Origin: a virus | DNA length: 64,000 nt | Reading direction: 5' to 3' (one strand) | Virus record (IMG/VR): IMGVR_UViG_3300010413_000023 | Coordinates: 4,191-68,190 of that record | Shown: piece by piece, positions 45,984 through 56,288 of the stretch | How positions within the stretch are numbered: position 1 is the stretch's first letter | Layout of the letters: each line of letters begins with the position of its first letter | Notes under the pieces: model-generated | Databases searched by the model: none | What the model was told of the DNA's origin: nothing | The model's input: only the letters and a program-made list of their open reading frames with translations | Position numbers and translations under genes: made by a program

Positions 45984-47528
45984 TTATGAAGGCCGCATTT
46001 TCTGAACGTCCGCGATACCGGCGATGGCATTGGCCTGCCCACACGCCAGGGCGACGTTGATGTCACACACGTACAGCCCGTTGAGGCCGTTGTTCGTGAC
46101 CAGATTTTTGCGCTCCCACGATCCGCCGCCGTTGAGCGTGCGGAAAAAGTAAAAGTCGGAACCCAAACCATACCTAGTGCTCACCGACTCCGTACCGTGG
46201 ATCAAAACCTTGTGTTGCTTCATACCGGGCTTGGCGTTACGAACGCGCCGCACGGCGGTTGACGCCGTGGTCGATCCCTGGAACGCGCTTGCCGTCCAGT
46301 TTTCGCCCGCATCGTTGGTGATCCACAGGCACTCGCTGTTGGCGTCGATCTGGCCGCCGACGATGGCACGATACGAGCTGTCCACCTGGACGGTATACAG
46401 GTTATACGTATCCGCCGAGGCCGGGCCGGTCACGTCAGACCACGAGGTGCCCTGATCGACTGTCCGGATCACGGTGTTGTTGTCACCAACGGCATAGAGG
46501 ATTTCGCCATCCGATGAATGGATGTCCCACAACTCCTCGGTCGTGCCGGTCGTGGTTGGGGCGATCTGCGTCCACGAGTTGCCACGGTCCTGGCTGTAGT
46601 AGACGTAGCCGCCATTGCCGACAGCCCACAGGAACCCGGCCGAGTATTTGTACATCGCATTGACGTAGCAGCACCCGGCTGTTCCGCCTCCGTCTACCTC
46701 TGTCCAGGTGTCGCCCCAGTCGTCCGAGACGGAAAAACGCGCGCCGTATGATGTCGAAACGTTGCCGCGACACACGACGATGCGGGGGGCCGTCTCGCCT
46801 GCCAGGATGACGCACGAACTCACGTGCGCGTTGGTATCGGCAAAGGGATCGGTCGCGCAGATCGTCCACGAGGCCGCGCCGTTCTGAGTATACCATACGT
46901 TTGCCGTGGCCACACCATAGGCCGCATTGGCAACCGCAACACCCCAGTAACAGTCTTTGATCGCCGCGCCGCAGTCGCCCTCGCACCGTCCATCCTCCAA
47001 CATGGCGATGTCGTTAAGTCCCTGAGTCTCGGTGATGCCCGTGTTCGACCGGACAACCGACACCTTGACGATGGTAATGATCGCCTCGCCAGTCCAGTCG
47101 GTTGACAGTTGAATACCGCCATAGTCCTCGTCGCCGATAAAGTCCAGGTTCTCTTCGCTTTGAGTATTCTTGCTGGCCTGGTAAAAGTGGCGGATCTTGG
47201 TATAGCCTTCCGGATCGCCAGGCACCGAACACGCGCCATAGTACACCTGAAAGTCAGTCGGACATTCAAGCTCGAGCAGCGTATCCAGTTCTCGGTTCGT
47301 CCAGGCTACGACCGTAAAGGTCGGTTCGTTCACGTCGCCAGGGATCGTCTCGACGATCACCTTTTTGCCGTATTCGTCCGCCGATTTGCACTTGACGTAA
47401 ACCGGATCATCGTAATCCTGACTCCAGTTTGTCAGCGCATGGCACGCAAACAGCTCGAACTCATTACCTACACCGTCCGGCTGAATCCATGTCATTGTAC
47501 TTTTGTTTGTAAAGATGGGCTTGGTCAT
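45984..47528 (-). CDS. Major tail tube-like protein fused to BNR/Ycf48-like beta-propeller
   Basis: Position before chaperones; C-terminal repeats TQNGAASW, SDDWGDTW, SQDRGNSW, TVDQGTSW, TNDAGENW, TLNGGGSW. Confidence 0.65.
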   Translation of the reverse strand: MTKPIFTNKSTMTWIQPDGVGNEFELFACHALTNWSQDYDDPVYVKCKSADEYGKKVIVETIPGDVNEPTFTVVAWTNRELDTLLELECPTDFQVYYGACSVPGDPEGYTKIRHFYQASKNTQSEENLDFIGDEDYGGIQLSTDWTGEAIITIVKVSVVRSNTGITETQGLNDIAMLEDGRCEGDCGAAIKDCYWGVAVANAAYGVATANVWYTQNGAASWTICATDPFADTNAHVSSCVILAGETAPRIVVCRGNVSTSYGARFSVSDDWGDTWTEVDGGGTAGCCYVNAMYKYSAGFLWAVGNGGYVYYSQDRGNSWTQIAPTTTGTTEELWDIHSSDGEILYAVGDNNTVIRTVDQGTSWSDVTGPASADTYNLYTVQVDSSYRAIVGGQIDANSECLWITNDAGENWTASAFQGSTTASTAVRRVRNAKPGMKQHKVLIHGTESVSTRYGLGSDFYFFRTLNGGGSWERKNLVTNNGLNGLYVCDINVALACGQANAIAGIADVQKMRPS

Positions 47529-47568
47529 ACCCACACCTCCTTGCGGGCACGCAGCCCGCATCGCAATA

Positions 47569-48690
47569 TCAGAATCCCAAAAAACGCATCCTTTCTACCG
47601 TGTCGGTTTTTCCCAACATAAAACCCGTCCCCAGCCTGTGCCGGTTGGCCCACTGCCACGCCCACCACGCGCCGTCCATTTCTCCAAAGGGACAATTCAG
47701 GCGCTCGGCCGTCAGGGTGGTCGGAATGCGCGTGTCGCGCTGCCATACGGCATCGAACATAGCACACCCGCACGGCTGGATAGCCATGTACGTGTGCGCC
47801 AATCTGATGACGGCCTGCTCCCAACCCGGTATAGACGTGGTGCCCGCAAGATAATTCACGCTCGTAGTCGAGCCGTGATAGCACCCGCATACTGTCGGGT
47901 ATGAGCATGTCCATTCAGCGTCGTCATCGTCATAAGTGGCCAGGGATATTCGTACCTCGGAGATCTCCGAGTTGAATACAAAAACGCAGCCCGTGTAATC
48001 GTCCCCCTCGCAGGCTGTCGTACAAGAACAGCAGTCGCATGTCGGGGCAAGCGTGATCGTCGCCTGGTCGGACGTGTCCAGGTATTCGCGGTACACGGTC
48101 AGATCCGCGAGCTTGAGCCACGTTGCCGCCGGGAATGAATCGTCATACTCGATACATTCCGTCCAGTCTTCCAGGTCATCCCATTCGATCAGTTTGCATT
48201 GGCTGATCGAGATGACATAGTTCGCGCCCACCGTGGTGATCTCGTCGGGCACGATCTCGAGCCCGGTCGAGTCCTCGACCACTACCACCTCCGATGTGCC
48301 GTTGGTAAACGACGCCGACGCAACGGTGATCGTTGCCGGGTCGGTGGTAAAGTCGGACGCGGACGGCGTGACCTCGGTGCGCCCACGAACGCCCCCGCCG
48401 GTGATGTAGCCGTATTTCAGCGTCATAGGGTCTTGCCACTGCAGGCCTGTATCGGTCAGGTAGCGCCCGCCAACCCAAAATTTCATCACGCCGGCAAGCG
48501 TGCCCTCGGCGTCTGATAGCGCCTGCGCCAACAGATCGCGCCACCACTGGGGCCAGCAGTAGTCGCACCCGTTGATCGTTTCGTCTGGGTTTTGCACGCC
48601 ATTGAACAAACAGATCGGGATGCCCAAAATCTGCCGGTATCTATCCAGCGTCAGGTATGGTTGTGGTGATGCGGTTAATGATCGGGCCAT
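47569..48690 (-). CDS. Putative head-tail adaptor/connector
   Basis: YLTLDRYRQILG start, ALSDAE..L, VNYLAG....EQAVIRLA adaptor-like pattern. Confidence 0.55.
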   Translation of the reverse strand: MARSLTASPQPYLTLDRYRQILGIPICLFNGVQNPDETINGCDYCWPQWWRDLLAQALSDAEGTLAGVMKFWVGGRYLTDTGLQWQDPMTLKYGYITGGGVRGRTEVTPSASDFTTDPATITVASASFTNGTSEVVVVEDSTGLEIVPDEITTVGANYVISISQCKLIEWDDLEDWTECIEYDDSFPAATWLKLADLTVYREYLDTSDQATITLAPTCDCCSCTTACEGDDYTGCVFVFNSEISEVRISLATYDDDDAEWTCSYPTVCGCYHGSTTSVNYLAGTTSIPGWEQAVIRLAHTYMAIQPCGCAMFDAVWQRDTRIPTTLTAERLNCPFGEMDGAWWAWQWANRHRLGTGFMLGKTDTVERMRFLGF

Positions 48691-48693
48691 TTG

Positions 48694-49017
48694 TCACCCT
48701 CGCAATCGTGCGAAATAGCGCACGTCAAGTACTAGCGCCCCGGCAGCCGATGCCAGCCACACCGCGAGCGCCTCTAATATATTCAAGTCCGTAAATGCGT
48801 AGACGGGAACGCACAGCACGAATGCCACGACAAGCGACATACACCAGAAACAATCGAACAGCGCGCCAATGACGTTATGCGGCACAATTCGCGCCCCGAG
48901 TTCGATGTCCTCCTCGACGCCAAGACGGTCACGCAGCCACTGGAACGGCGCTTCGGTGTACAGCAAAGATGACACCCGCCACGTCGCAAACGAGAGCAAA
49001 ACGAACCAGGCGATCAC
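48694..49017 (-). CDS. DUF1360-like membrane protein
   Basis: ATWRVSSLL..E.PF.WLR...LFDCFWCMSL. Confidence 0.7.
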   Translation of the reverse strand: MIAWFVLLSFATWRVSSLLYTEAPFQWLRDRLGVEEDIELGARIVPHNVIGALFDCFWCMSLVVAFVLCVPVYAFTDLNILEALAVWLASAAGALVLDVRYFARLRG

Positions 49018-51938
49018 CCAAACACCGCCTCTTGAATCTGTCCAAATGCCGCCGGGCCGATACCCTTGATGTCGCGGATCTTCTTGCCCTTATTGGCAAT
49101 CACGTCCTGCCTGATCGCGCCTTTTGTCTCGAACCCCGCCGCCAATAGCTTGTTGACAATCGTCTCGCTCAGCCCCAAAGACGCAACGGGAACGTCTTGC
49201 GTTGTGACGGGCGCTGGCGCTGGTTCTGGCTCCGGTTCTGCCCTCGCTGCACGGACGGGCACTTGCCCCTCGACAGGAAATGCCAACTTTTGCACGACGG
49301 GCGGCTTTTTGGGCAGTTCGGGCACCTTTTCTTCCGGCGCAGGTGGGATGTATCGCTCAAAATCCTTGTGACGCACCACCCACTCGTCGCCACGTTCCAG
49401 CGTCAAGATCGTACCCTGACTGAACGTGTATTTTTTGCCCGGCACGGCTTTGGAGTTCATCGAGCGCGTGCCCTGTTGTGGGGCAATGCAGATCGCCATC
49501 ATTTGCTCGCCGTCGGGCAGCATGTCGCCCTGGAACTCTAGCGGCTTGATAACTTTCGCCGGTGCTTTTTTACCACATCCTTTACATGGCATGTCCTTTT
49601 CCTTTCTCGCAATGTATGCGTATACACTATAAATTCTCTCTTTGACCTCGGGCGTGCCGTACCCGGCATTGTCACCATCACTTTTGCTCGAACCCCCCGC
49701 AAGCGATGTCCAGTGCCGGTACACACCCCACGGAAATGATTCGAGATACGCAGCCCCGATGCCCAGCATGTGCATCTTGAGGCCGAATATCCAATCTTCC
49801 CATTCCACGTCGTCGTCGTAGCCCCCCACCGCCGCCCACCATTCTTTCGCAAAGAGGCACGTATCCTGATAGATCGCCTCTTTGTTGATGTGCTCCCACG
49901 TCCAGCGCCCCGAGTGATAGTAGACGGTTTTACCAGGCACGTCCTCGGTGAAACAATCGGCATAGACCAAACAGTCTTGGTTAGCTAGCCACGTCTGATA
50001 GAATAGGCGCAACGTGCCAGGATACATCAAGTCATCGGCGTCAAGGGGCACGATCAAGGGGGCTTTTGCCGCCTCAGTCGCCAGGTTGCGGGCATAGGCT
50101 GCTCCCTTTCGCCCACCGGTGTCCACGACTTTTACCCACGGATGCCCCATTGCCGCCACGTCCAGCGGCTCGCCGGTGTCGTTTGCCACGATGCACTCAA
50201 ACTCACGGAACGTCTGGGCATACACGCTGTCAAGCGCATCCATCAAATACAGGTCGTGCCCCGGCCCCACAGGGATGATCACGGCGATGTGCGGCTGTTC
50301 GTAGGAGCGCACGGGCCACGAATCGTTCGGGGCTTTGCCCAAAAACCCGAACGGCGTCAGGTCTGGAAATGCCCGCCATGGGTAATAGAAATTCCACGAC
50401 AGCGGGCCCTCGGGGTCATCCTCGCCCCCCTCTTTGGCTGTCTTGTTCTCGCCGTGCCAGCGGTAGACGAAAACGGGTTCATCCACCAGGTATTCACACC
50501 GCAGCCCCGCCGACATCGCCCGGCACCAGAACTCGGCGTCCTCATTTTTGCGCTGCCTCTGCCGGTAGCCACCAATTGCTCGCGTCGAACGTGTCCGGGC
50601 AATGCACGTGGACGGGATCTGGTTGGCGTGGTCAAGTTGCGCCTTGTAGTCCACCGCGCCGCCGTTCGTCTCCTTTTTACCGTAAATGCTATACATTCCC
50701 GTCGCTACGTCTACCCACGGGCGTGCCTCTATGGCGTCGTACAGTTTGCGAATGCCACTCAGGGCCATCACGTTATCGGCGTCCAGGTTGATCCAGTACC
50801 TGCCATGTGCCGCGTCGTGTCCGGTGTTGAGTGCCGCGCACAAGCCCCCGTTCCGATAGTGACGAATAACGCGCAGTCCCTCATACGCCTTCAGCACGTC
50901 CTGGGTGTTGTCCGTGCTCGCATCGTCAACGACGATCACTTCCATTGACGGCGCGTCCGTTTGCGCTTTGAGCGAGTCCAGGCATTCGGGCAAATAGTGG
51001 GCATAGTTGTATGTCGGGATAATGACGCTCACTTCAACTGGATATTGATCCGCCTGCCACGCCTCATAGATAACCTGTGCGTACTGAGCCATTAGGTCGC
51101 GCCATTGGTAGCGGGCCTGAACGTGCATGCGCCCATTGTTGCCCAGCTCGGCGCGATTGTCCAGGCAAAAGTGCAGCCCGCGCAGCAGGTCATCATAGTC
51201 GCCCGGCTTGGCCAGATATCCCGTTTTGCCGTGGATGACGAGTTCGCCCGTTGCGCCCCAGTCCCAACCCAGGACGGGAATGCCGAGAGCCATCGCCTCG
51301 CGGCTGGCAATGTCGCCCGTCTCGCGGGCCGTCGCCAGCCACACCGATGCCCTGGCCAGCGTCTTTTTGAACTGATCGTGTGGCTGCGCGCCGATCACCT
51401 TGACGTTTTGCGCGGGCCGTCCGTATGTGGTGACGAACTGCGTATTGAGCGCCCTCATTGCCAGCTCGTTGACGGGCCTCGGATCGCTCACCACGTCAAC
51501 GCGGGGTTTTGCCCACAGGACGTACCCGCCAGGCGCTTGCGGTTTGAACTCGTCAAAGTCGATACCGTGCGGGATGACATCCACCCGCTTTTTCATATCG
51601 CGTCGGATCGGCTGGGCAACCCACTCGGACGGGACGATGATCCGGTGCGCCTCGCGTAATGCCTCGATCACCTGGATGTTGTACTGCCAGTAGTCGCGGT
51701 GCCAGTCCATATCCCCGGTCCAATAAAGCCCGTGATTGACGCAAATGAGCGGCTTTTTCGTCTGGACAAGCGAACCAGCATGAACCATCACGACATCGGC
51801 GCCAGCTTCTGAATTGACAAGCTCAATCCCGTATTCAGGCAACCACCTGCCCTGGGCATTGATCACGCGCCAAATGCCGCCAGAACCGACACCATCCTCG
51901 GTATATTCGCTTGGGTGAGGTGAGATAAAAAGTTTCAA
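49014..51938 (-). CDS. Multidomain glycosyltransferase (GT-B/GT4 + two GT-A/GT2) with C-terminal HhH
   Basis: VIPHGID...EAMALGIPV (GT4); VSVIIPTYN..VVDDASTD..LDAD (GT2); VIIPVGPGH..LDADD (GT2); IKGIGPAA (HhH). Confidence 0.9.
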   Translation of the reverse strand: MKLFISPHPSEYTEDGVGSGGIWRVINAQGRWLPEYGIELVNSEAGADVVMVHAGSLVQTKKPLICVNHGLYWTGDMDWHRDYWQYNIQVIEALREAHRIIVPSEWVAQPIRRDMKKRVDVIPHGIDFDEFKPQAPGGYVLWAKPRVDVVSDPRPVNELAMRALNTQFVTTYGRPAQNVKVIGAQPHDQFKKTLARASVWLATARETGDIASREAMALGIPVLGWDWGATGELVIHGKTGYLAKPGDYDDLLRGLHFCLDNRAELGNNGRMHVQARYQWRDLMAQYAQVIYEAWQADQYPVEVSVIIPTYNYAHYLPECLDSLKAQTDAPSMEVIVVDDASTDNTQDVLKAYEGLRVIRHYRNGGLCAALNTGHDAAHGRYWINLDADNVMALSGIRKLYDAIEARPWVDVATGMYSIYGKKETNGGAVDYKAQLDHANQIPSTCIARTRSTRAIGGYRQRQRKNEDAEFWCRAMSAGLRCEYLVDEPVFVYRWHGENKTAKEGGEDDPEGPLSWNFYYPWRAFPDLTPFGFLGKAPNDSWPVRSYEQPHIAVIIPVGPGHDLYLMDALDSVYAQTFREFECIVANDTGEPLDVAAMGHPWVKVVDTGGRKGAAYARNLATEAAKAPLIVPLDADDLMYPGTLRLFYQTWLANQDCLVYADCFTEDVPGKTVYYHSGRWTWEHINKEAIYQDTCLFAKEWWAAVGGYDDDVEWEDWIFGLKMHMLGIGAAYLESFPWGVYRHWTSLAGGSSKSDGDNAGYGTPEVKERIYSVYAYIARKEKDMPCKGCGKKAPAKVIKPLEFQGDMLPDGEQMMAICIAPQQGTRSMNSKAVPGKKYTFSQGTILTLERGDEWVVRHKDFERYIPPAPEEKVPELPKKPPVVQKLAFPVEGQVPVRAARAEPEPEPAPAPVTTQDVPVASLGLSETIVNKLLAAGFETKGAIRQDVIANKGKKIRDIKGIGPAAFGQIQEAVFG

Positions 51939-52744
51939 GTCGCCCCCTCACTTTCTTGCAGCGCGATGTGTTTTTTGATGTATCGTAGCAACCCATCACC
52001 CGCGTCTATGTCGAACCTATCCATCAAGAAAGGAAACACGCGCTCATCCTTGAACACGCTCAGTTCGATCTCGAATCCATCCCCGAAATCGCCAATAGCA
52101 AGATTGATGCGTGATGCTCCTGTTTCTGCCCTGATCTTTTTTAGCGTATCGATCCAGTAGTCGGTGCAAAGATGGCTGCCGGAACGATCTTTTAATGCTC
52201 GCAATTCGTCAGCCGTGATCATGAGTTCTGTTCCTCGCTTTCCCGCAACCATTCCGGCAATGGCCCGTCAATCGTTTCGCGGTATCGCGCCTTCATTCTG
52301 TCAACGTCTTTGACGATCCAATTTGCGAATGATGCCCCGTTTTCCGGTTCGTCAAAACAAGAACTGATCGAGATCAGATCGAATGCCACGGTGATTTTAC
52401 AGTGAAAGTCATCCGCAAGATCGGAAACCTCAAGAATGACGCTCTTGGCTCCAGTTCGCTTTTTGATGTCATTTAGTTCGTCAATGCCTAACATCGAAAC
52501 CCCCGTTCTTTCTTTTCTTGTTCGTTTGCTGTGATAACGCTATCTGCTATTCGTATATCGTCGGAAATCTCAATCACTGCCTTAACCCAATACGTGATGG
52601 ATGTTCCGTCTCGATAATATCCAAACCTGTTCTTTGCGAAAAAGCTCGCATGGGCAACCGCGTCATCGTAATTCATTGCCACCAGATAGATCGACGGGGT
52701 AGTATCAGGCCCGAGACGAATTTCATAGAGTTTACCTGTCGCGA

Positions 52745-53080
52745 TCATTGCCCCCGTCCTTTCTTTTCTGTTTTAATCCATCCGTTGCGGAACAACACAT
52801 CTGTCAAAGCCAACGACAACATATCGAGATCGTCGTGTTGTTCGTCGCCTTGCAAAGATTTTATTTTGAAGGCGTCCACAATGCCATGCAATACTTCATG
52901 GAGCAAAGTTCCCCACACGTCCTCATCAGACAAATCGTCTGCATAGATGCGAATCGAACGTGTCCAGTAGTCAAGCTGTCCCCATAACGACTCGCGTTTG
53001 TAAATGTCCACATCGGATGGCTTTTCGACGTACTCAATCGTATACTCTATGCCCAGAATCACAACGCTATCTGGTCTCAT
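52745..53080 (-). CDS. Small HEXXH metallopeptidase-like phage protein
   Basis: LWGQ.DY....IRI.......TLLHEVLHGI. Confidence 0.7.
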   Translation of the reverse strand: MRPDSVVILGIEYTIEYVEKPSDVDIYKRESLWGQLDYWTRSIRIYADDLSDEDVWGTLLHEVLHGIVDAFKIKSLQGDEQHDDLDMLSLALTDVLFRNGWIKTEKKGRGQ

Positions 53081-53576
53081 TCCCCCGTCCTTTCAGTTCC
53101 TTCTTGATCGCGTGACACATCGCCATGTGTACGTCCTCAAGCACCTCGTAATCGGTTGACTTGGCGCGAATGTGGTACACGTCTGGATAGTTCGTCTTGA
53201 GCATGTCGCTCGTGAACAATACCATCCGTTCGCCGACGGCATAGGCCAAGGTGGCAATATTCGCGCTTGTCCCGCTGCCCGAAAAGGCGATGACGAGCGC
53301 TTCCAATTCCTGCGCTTGCTCCGCGAATGAATAACTATGCCCGCTGTCATTGTCGATCTGCGTAAATTTTGACGGTGAGAGCAGGTCGAATGCCGGGATG
53401 CCAATGCTTCTCAAGTCCGCAGCGAAATGGATCGCCGTCGCCGCGCTGCCCCCATTTCCGCACGTCACCACCATTTTGGCGGTTTCGATCAGGTTGCACA
53501 CGTGCTCCAATTTATCGACCGCGAATGAATCATTGAGAGCGTCTTTCAAATCATAAAAATGTTCTGCTATAGACAT
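53067..53576 (-). CDS. gmhA: Phosphoheptose isomerase (SIS domain)
   Basis: CGNGGSAATAIHFAADL, FSGSGTSANI, EDVHMAMCH. Confidence 0.85.
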   Translation of the reverse strand: MSIAEHFYDLKDALNDSFAVDKLEHVCNLIETAKMVVTCGNGGSAATAIHFAADLRSIGIPAFDLLSPSKFTQIDNDSGHSYSFAEQAQELEALVIAFSGSGTSANIATLAYAVGERMVLFTSDMLKTNYPDVYHIRAKSTDYEVLEDVHMAMCHAIKKELKGRGNETR

Positions 53577-53594
53577 CTGTCGCCTTTCTACCGC

Positions 53595-54185
53595 TTACAC
53601 GCGGCTGAAAACCTGGATATTTCGAGGCAGAAAATCAAACGCCTCGCTCACGATATTTTGAAATGCGTGACGGGTTTCGCCCGTCATCGCCGCGTTTAAG
53701 TTGCACCGGTAGCCACCCAGCAGCCCGCGCCAGTAGTCAGGCGGCTGCAAGTTGATGTGTCCCGTCCCGTCCTGCCCAGGTGGCGCGCTGGAAAATAGCA
53801 CGTTATCCCCTGCGTGCCTGGCAATCGTCCAGGCCAATGTGCCCGCCGCCGGTCGTGGCAAGTGTTCCGCCACTTCGAGACAGATCACCAGGTCGAACGC
53901 CTGCCCAAAATCGGCGGGCTCCGTCAGGTCGTGCTGGGTAAACGTGATGCACTCCGGTATGAATGCCCGCGCCTCCTGGTACAACTCGACTGCCCAACAC
54001 GCCGCGCCCATTTGATGAAATGCGAAAGACCACCAGCCGTCACCCGCTCCCAGGTCGAGCACCTTCTTTGGCAGTCCATACGTGCCAACCCACCAGCCCG
54101 CCATAAATTCGATCCATCTGTGCTGCCATTCCAGAGACTTGAACCATTCATCTGATTTATAGTACGATGTGTCGTAATCGCTCAT
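53595..54185 (-). CDS. Class I SAM-dependent methyltransferase
   Basis: VLDLGAGDG, FDLVICLEVAEHL, SAPPGQ.G.GHIN. Confidence 0.85.
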   Translation of the reverse strand: MSDYDTSYYKSDEWFKSLEWQHRWIEFMAGWWVGTYGLPKKVLDLGAGDGWWSFAFHQMGAACWAVELYQEARAFIPECITFTQHDLTEPADFGQAFDLVICLEVAEHLPRPAAGTLAWTIARHAGDNVLFSSAPPGQDGTGHINLQPPDYWRGLLGGYRCNLNAAMTGETRHAFQNIVSEAFDFLPRNIQVFSRV

Positions 54186-54338
54186 TGCGCGTCCTCATAG
54201 TCGTCGAGTCGCCACCACGTCTTGCATTGCGGACAAATCCAGTTTGACCACGCCTCATCTTCAATGCCCATGCAATCCGCTTCCATTTCTGATTCAGTTC
54301 CGACCCATCCACATTCAGGACACTTGTACTGTTTAGTA

Positions 54339-55058
54339 TCATAATCGCTCATAAGTCGCCTTTCTAGCGTACATATTCCCAAAATACACAGTGCCGTGCT
54401 CTGCCAGCAGCCGCATAATCCGATCTGTCATCTCGTCATACCCGCACCATCCGATTGGTACGAGGCTCTCGCCCAACACGTTGCAAAACTCGGCCTGTGG
54501 CTCGATCTCCAAAATCCGCGCCATACACGCGCACGCCTGTTTCCAGAAATACGGATGGAACTCGAACGATAGCGGCACGAGCTGTGAGAGTCCGCATAAT
54601 ACTTGATGCTCGTACCCTTCCACGTCAATCTTGATGAACGAGGGCACGCCATAACGGGCAATCAGGCTGTCAAGCGTGACGATTTTGACCGTCTCCGTCC
54701 AATCCTTTGGTGTGTTCGCCCAGGGGCCGCCTTGCTGCCAATAGTGATCCGGTACGAGCGTCGAGATCGTCGTACCGCCATAACATGCCATCTCAGCTGT
54801 TCCCGCCTCAGATCCACACGCTACCTCGATAACCTCGACCTGATCGTCGTCGATGAATGTAGCCCTCAATTGCGCCGCGCACGCCGCTTGCGGCTCGACG
54901 GCAATTACCCGCGCATTCAAGCACCTATAGGCCCACGTCATTTTGCCGATGTTCGCCCCAATGTCGAATACCAACGCGCCGGGCTGGATGAACTCTCCCA
55001 GGATGCCGGGAAAGTTTTTGTTGCTCCAGTAATCGGGCCAGTCATTCGGGATCGGCAT
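54339..55058 (-). CDS. FkbM-family methyltransferase
   Basis: FDIGANIG, AVEPQ, TLDSL, FIKIDVEGYE. Confidence 0.9.
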   Translation of the reverse strand: MPIPNDWPDYWSNKNFPGILGEFIQPGALVFDIGANIGKMTWAYRCLNARVIAVEPQAACAAQLRATFIDDDQVEVIEVACGSEAGTAEMACYGGTTISTLVPDHYWQQGGPWANTPKDWTETVKIVTLDSLIARYGVPSFIKIDVEGYEHQVLCGLSQLVPLSFEFHPYFWKQACACMARILEIEPQAEFCNVLGESLVPIGWCGYDEMTDRIMRLLAEHGTVYFGNMYARKATYERL

Positions 55059-55767
55059 TTTCGACCTCGACTTTCTCAAACGCCACCACATGCCCAACGA
55101 TGCCAACCTGCTCCCAGCCGTCGGTCATCAGATCGTCAATCGCCCGCGTGACATCGTGCTTTGGATCACGGTAATCGTGAAACGCCATCACGCCGCCCAC
55201 CTTGACTTTATCCCGCCAGGCCATTATGTCAGCCCTGACGCCCGCGTCGGAATGCGAGCCGTCCACGTATACCATGTCTAGTTCGCCTTCCACTTCGCTC
55301 ACCATTTCCGCCGAGTCACCCGTCAGGTATGTATACCTCCACTTCGGGATCTTGGCGAAATTGACGTACTCTCGCGTGTCCTCATCTTCTTTCAGGTCAA
55401 TGCTCCACACCAGGGCATTGCCGTGCAGCGTCAGGCCGTACAGGATCCGCAGCAGGCTATTGCCCAGTCCCGTGCCGATCTCGACGATGCGGGCCGGGTC
55501 GGGGCACGACGCCGCCAAGCCCTCGATAAATGCGCCCTCATAATAGCTGCAATACGTCACGTCTCGCGGGGGCAGTCGTAGCACTGCGGGCGAAAAGTCC
55601 ACTTCTGACAAGACGATAAACCGGTGTAAACTCGCCACCCACAGGTCATCGTCGTCAATCTCGAATGGCACGTTTTTCTGCACCAACAGTTTTTCACCTG
55701 GATGCGCCCGGCTGTTGACAGAAAAACTCCCGCTCCGTTCACCTTTGTAAACAAGCCACTTTACCAT
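55042..55767 (-). CDS. Methyltransf_24-like SAM methyltransferase with extra N-terminal domain
   Basis: IVEIGTGLG.S, YVDGSH, GGVMAFHDY. Confidence 0.85.
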   Translation of the reverse strand: MVKWLVYKGERSGSFSVNSRAHPGEKLLVQKNVPFEIDDDDLWVASLHRFIVLSEVDFSPAVLRLPPRDVTYCSYYEGAFIEGLAASCPDPARIVEIGTGLGNSLLRILYGLTLHGNALVWSIDLKEDEDTREYVNFAKIPKWRYTYLTGDSAEMVSEVEGELDMVYVDGSHSDAGVRADIMAWRDKVKVGGVMAFHDYRDPKHDVTRAIDDLMTDGWEQVGIVGHVVAFEKVEVENADPE

Positions 55768-56288
55768 AATATCCTTTCATAGGCGATCAATCGCCCGACC
55801 TGCCCGAACAACCGCCATTGGTGCTGTACCGCCAACTGTTCGACGGCCTGCATTACTCCGAGATGTACGAGGCAATAGTCATCAAAAGCCATTATCCCGC
55901 CAATCTTGACCAGCGGGCCAAATGCCAGGATGTCGGCACGAACCCCCTCGAACGTGTGCGCGCCGTCCACGAAAACCAGATCGGCCATCACCTCACACTG
56001 CGCTGCCACGTTGACCGACGGCATCTGGTAGAACGTCACGCGCTCGTCTGGTATTCCCGCGTCTTTGATACGGGCGCGCCCCTCGACGCAATCGCCCACG
56101 TCCACAGTGTAAATATGCCAACCCCGATGCAATGCCAGCCCGTAGGCCATCGCCGTCGTACTGTTCCCCTTGCCTGTGCCGATCTCGATTGCCACTGCCG
56201 GATCGGGCAAACTTGACGCGATGCCCTCCAGCCACGCAGCCTCGGCACGGGGTAGAAAGTCGGCGTCATTGACGGGTAATCTGTTCAT
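55761..56288 (-). CDS. Methyltransf_24-like SAM methyltransferase
   Basis: IEIGTGKGNS, FVDGAH..EGVRADI, GGIMAFDDY; paralogous to neighbour. Confidence 0.85.
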   Translation of the reverse strand: MNRLPVNDADFLPRAEAAWLEGIASSLPDPAVAIEIGTGKGNSTTAMAYGLALHRGWHIYTVDVGDCVEGRARIKDAGIPDERVTFYQMPSVNVAAQCEVMADLVFVDGAHTFEGVRADILAFGPLVKIGGIMAFDDYCLVHLGVMQAVEQLAVQHQWRLFGQVGRLIAYERILW

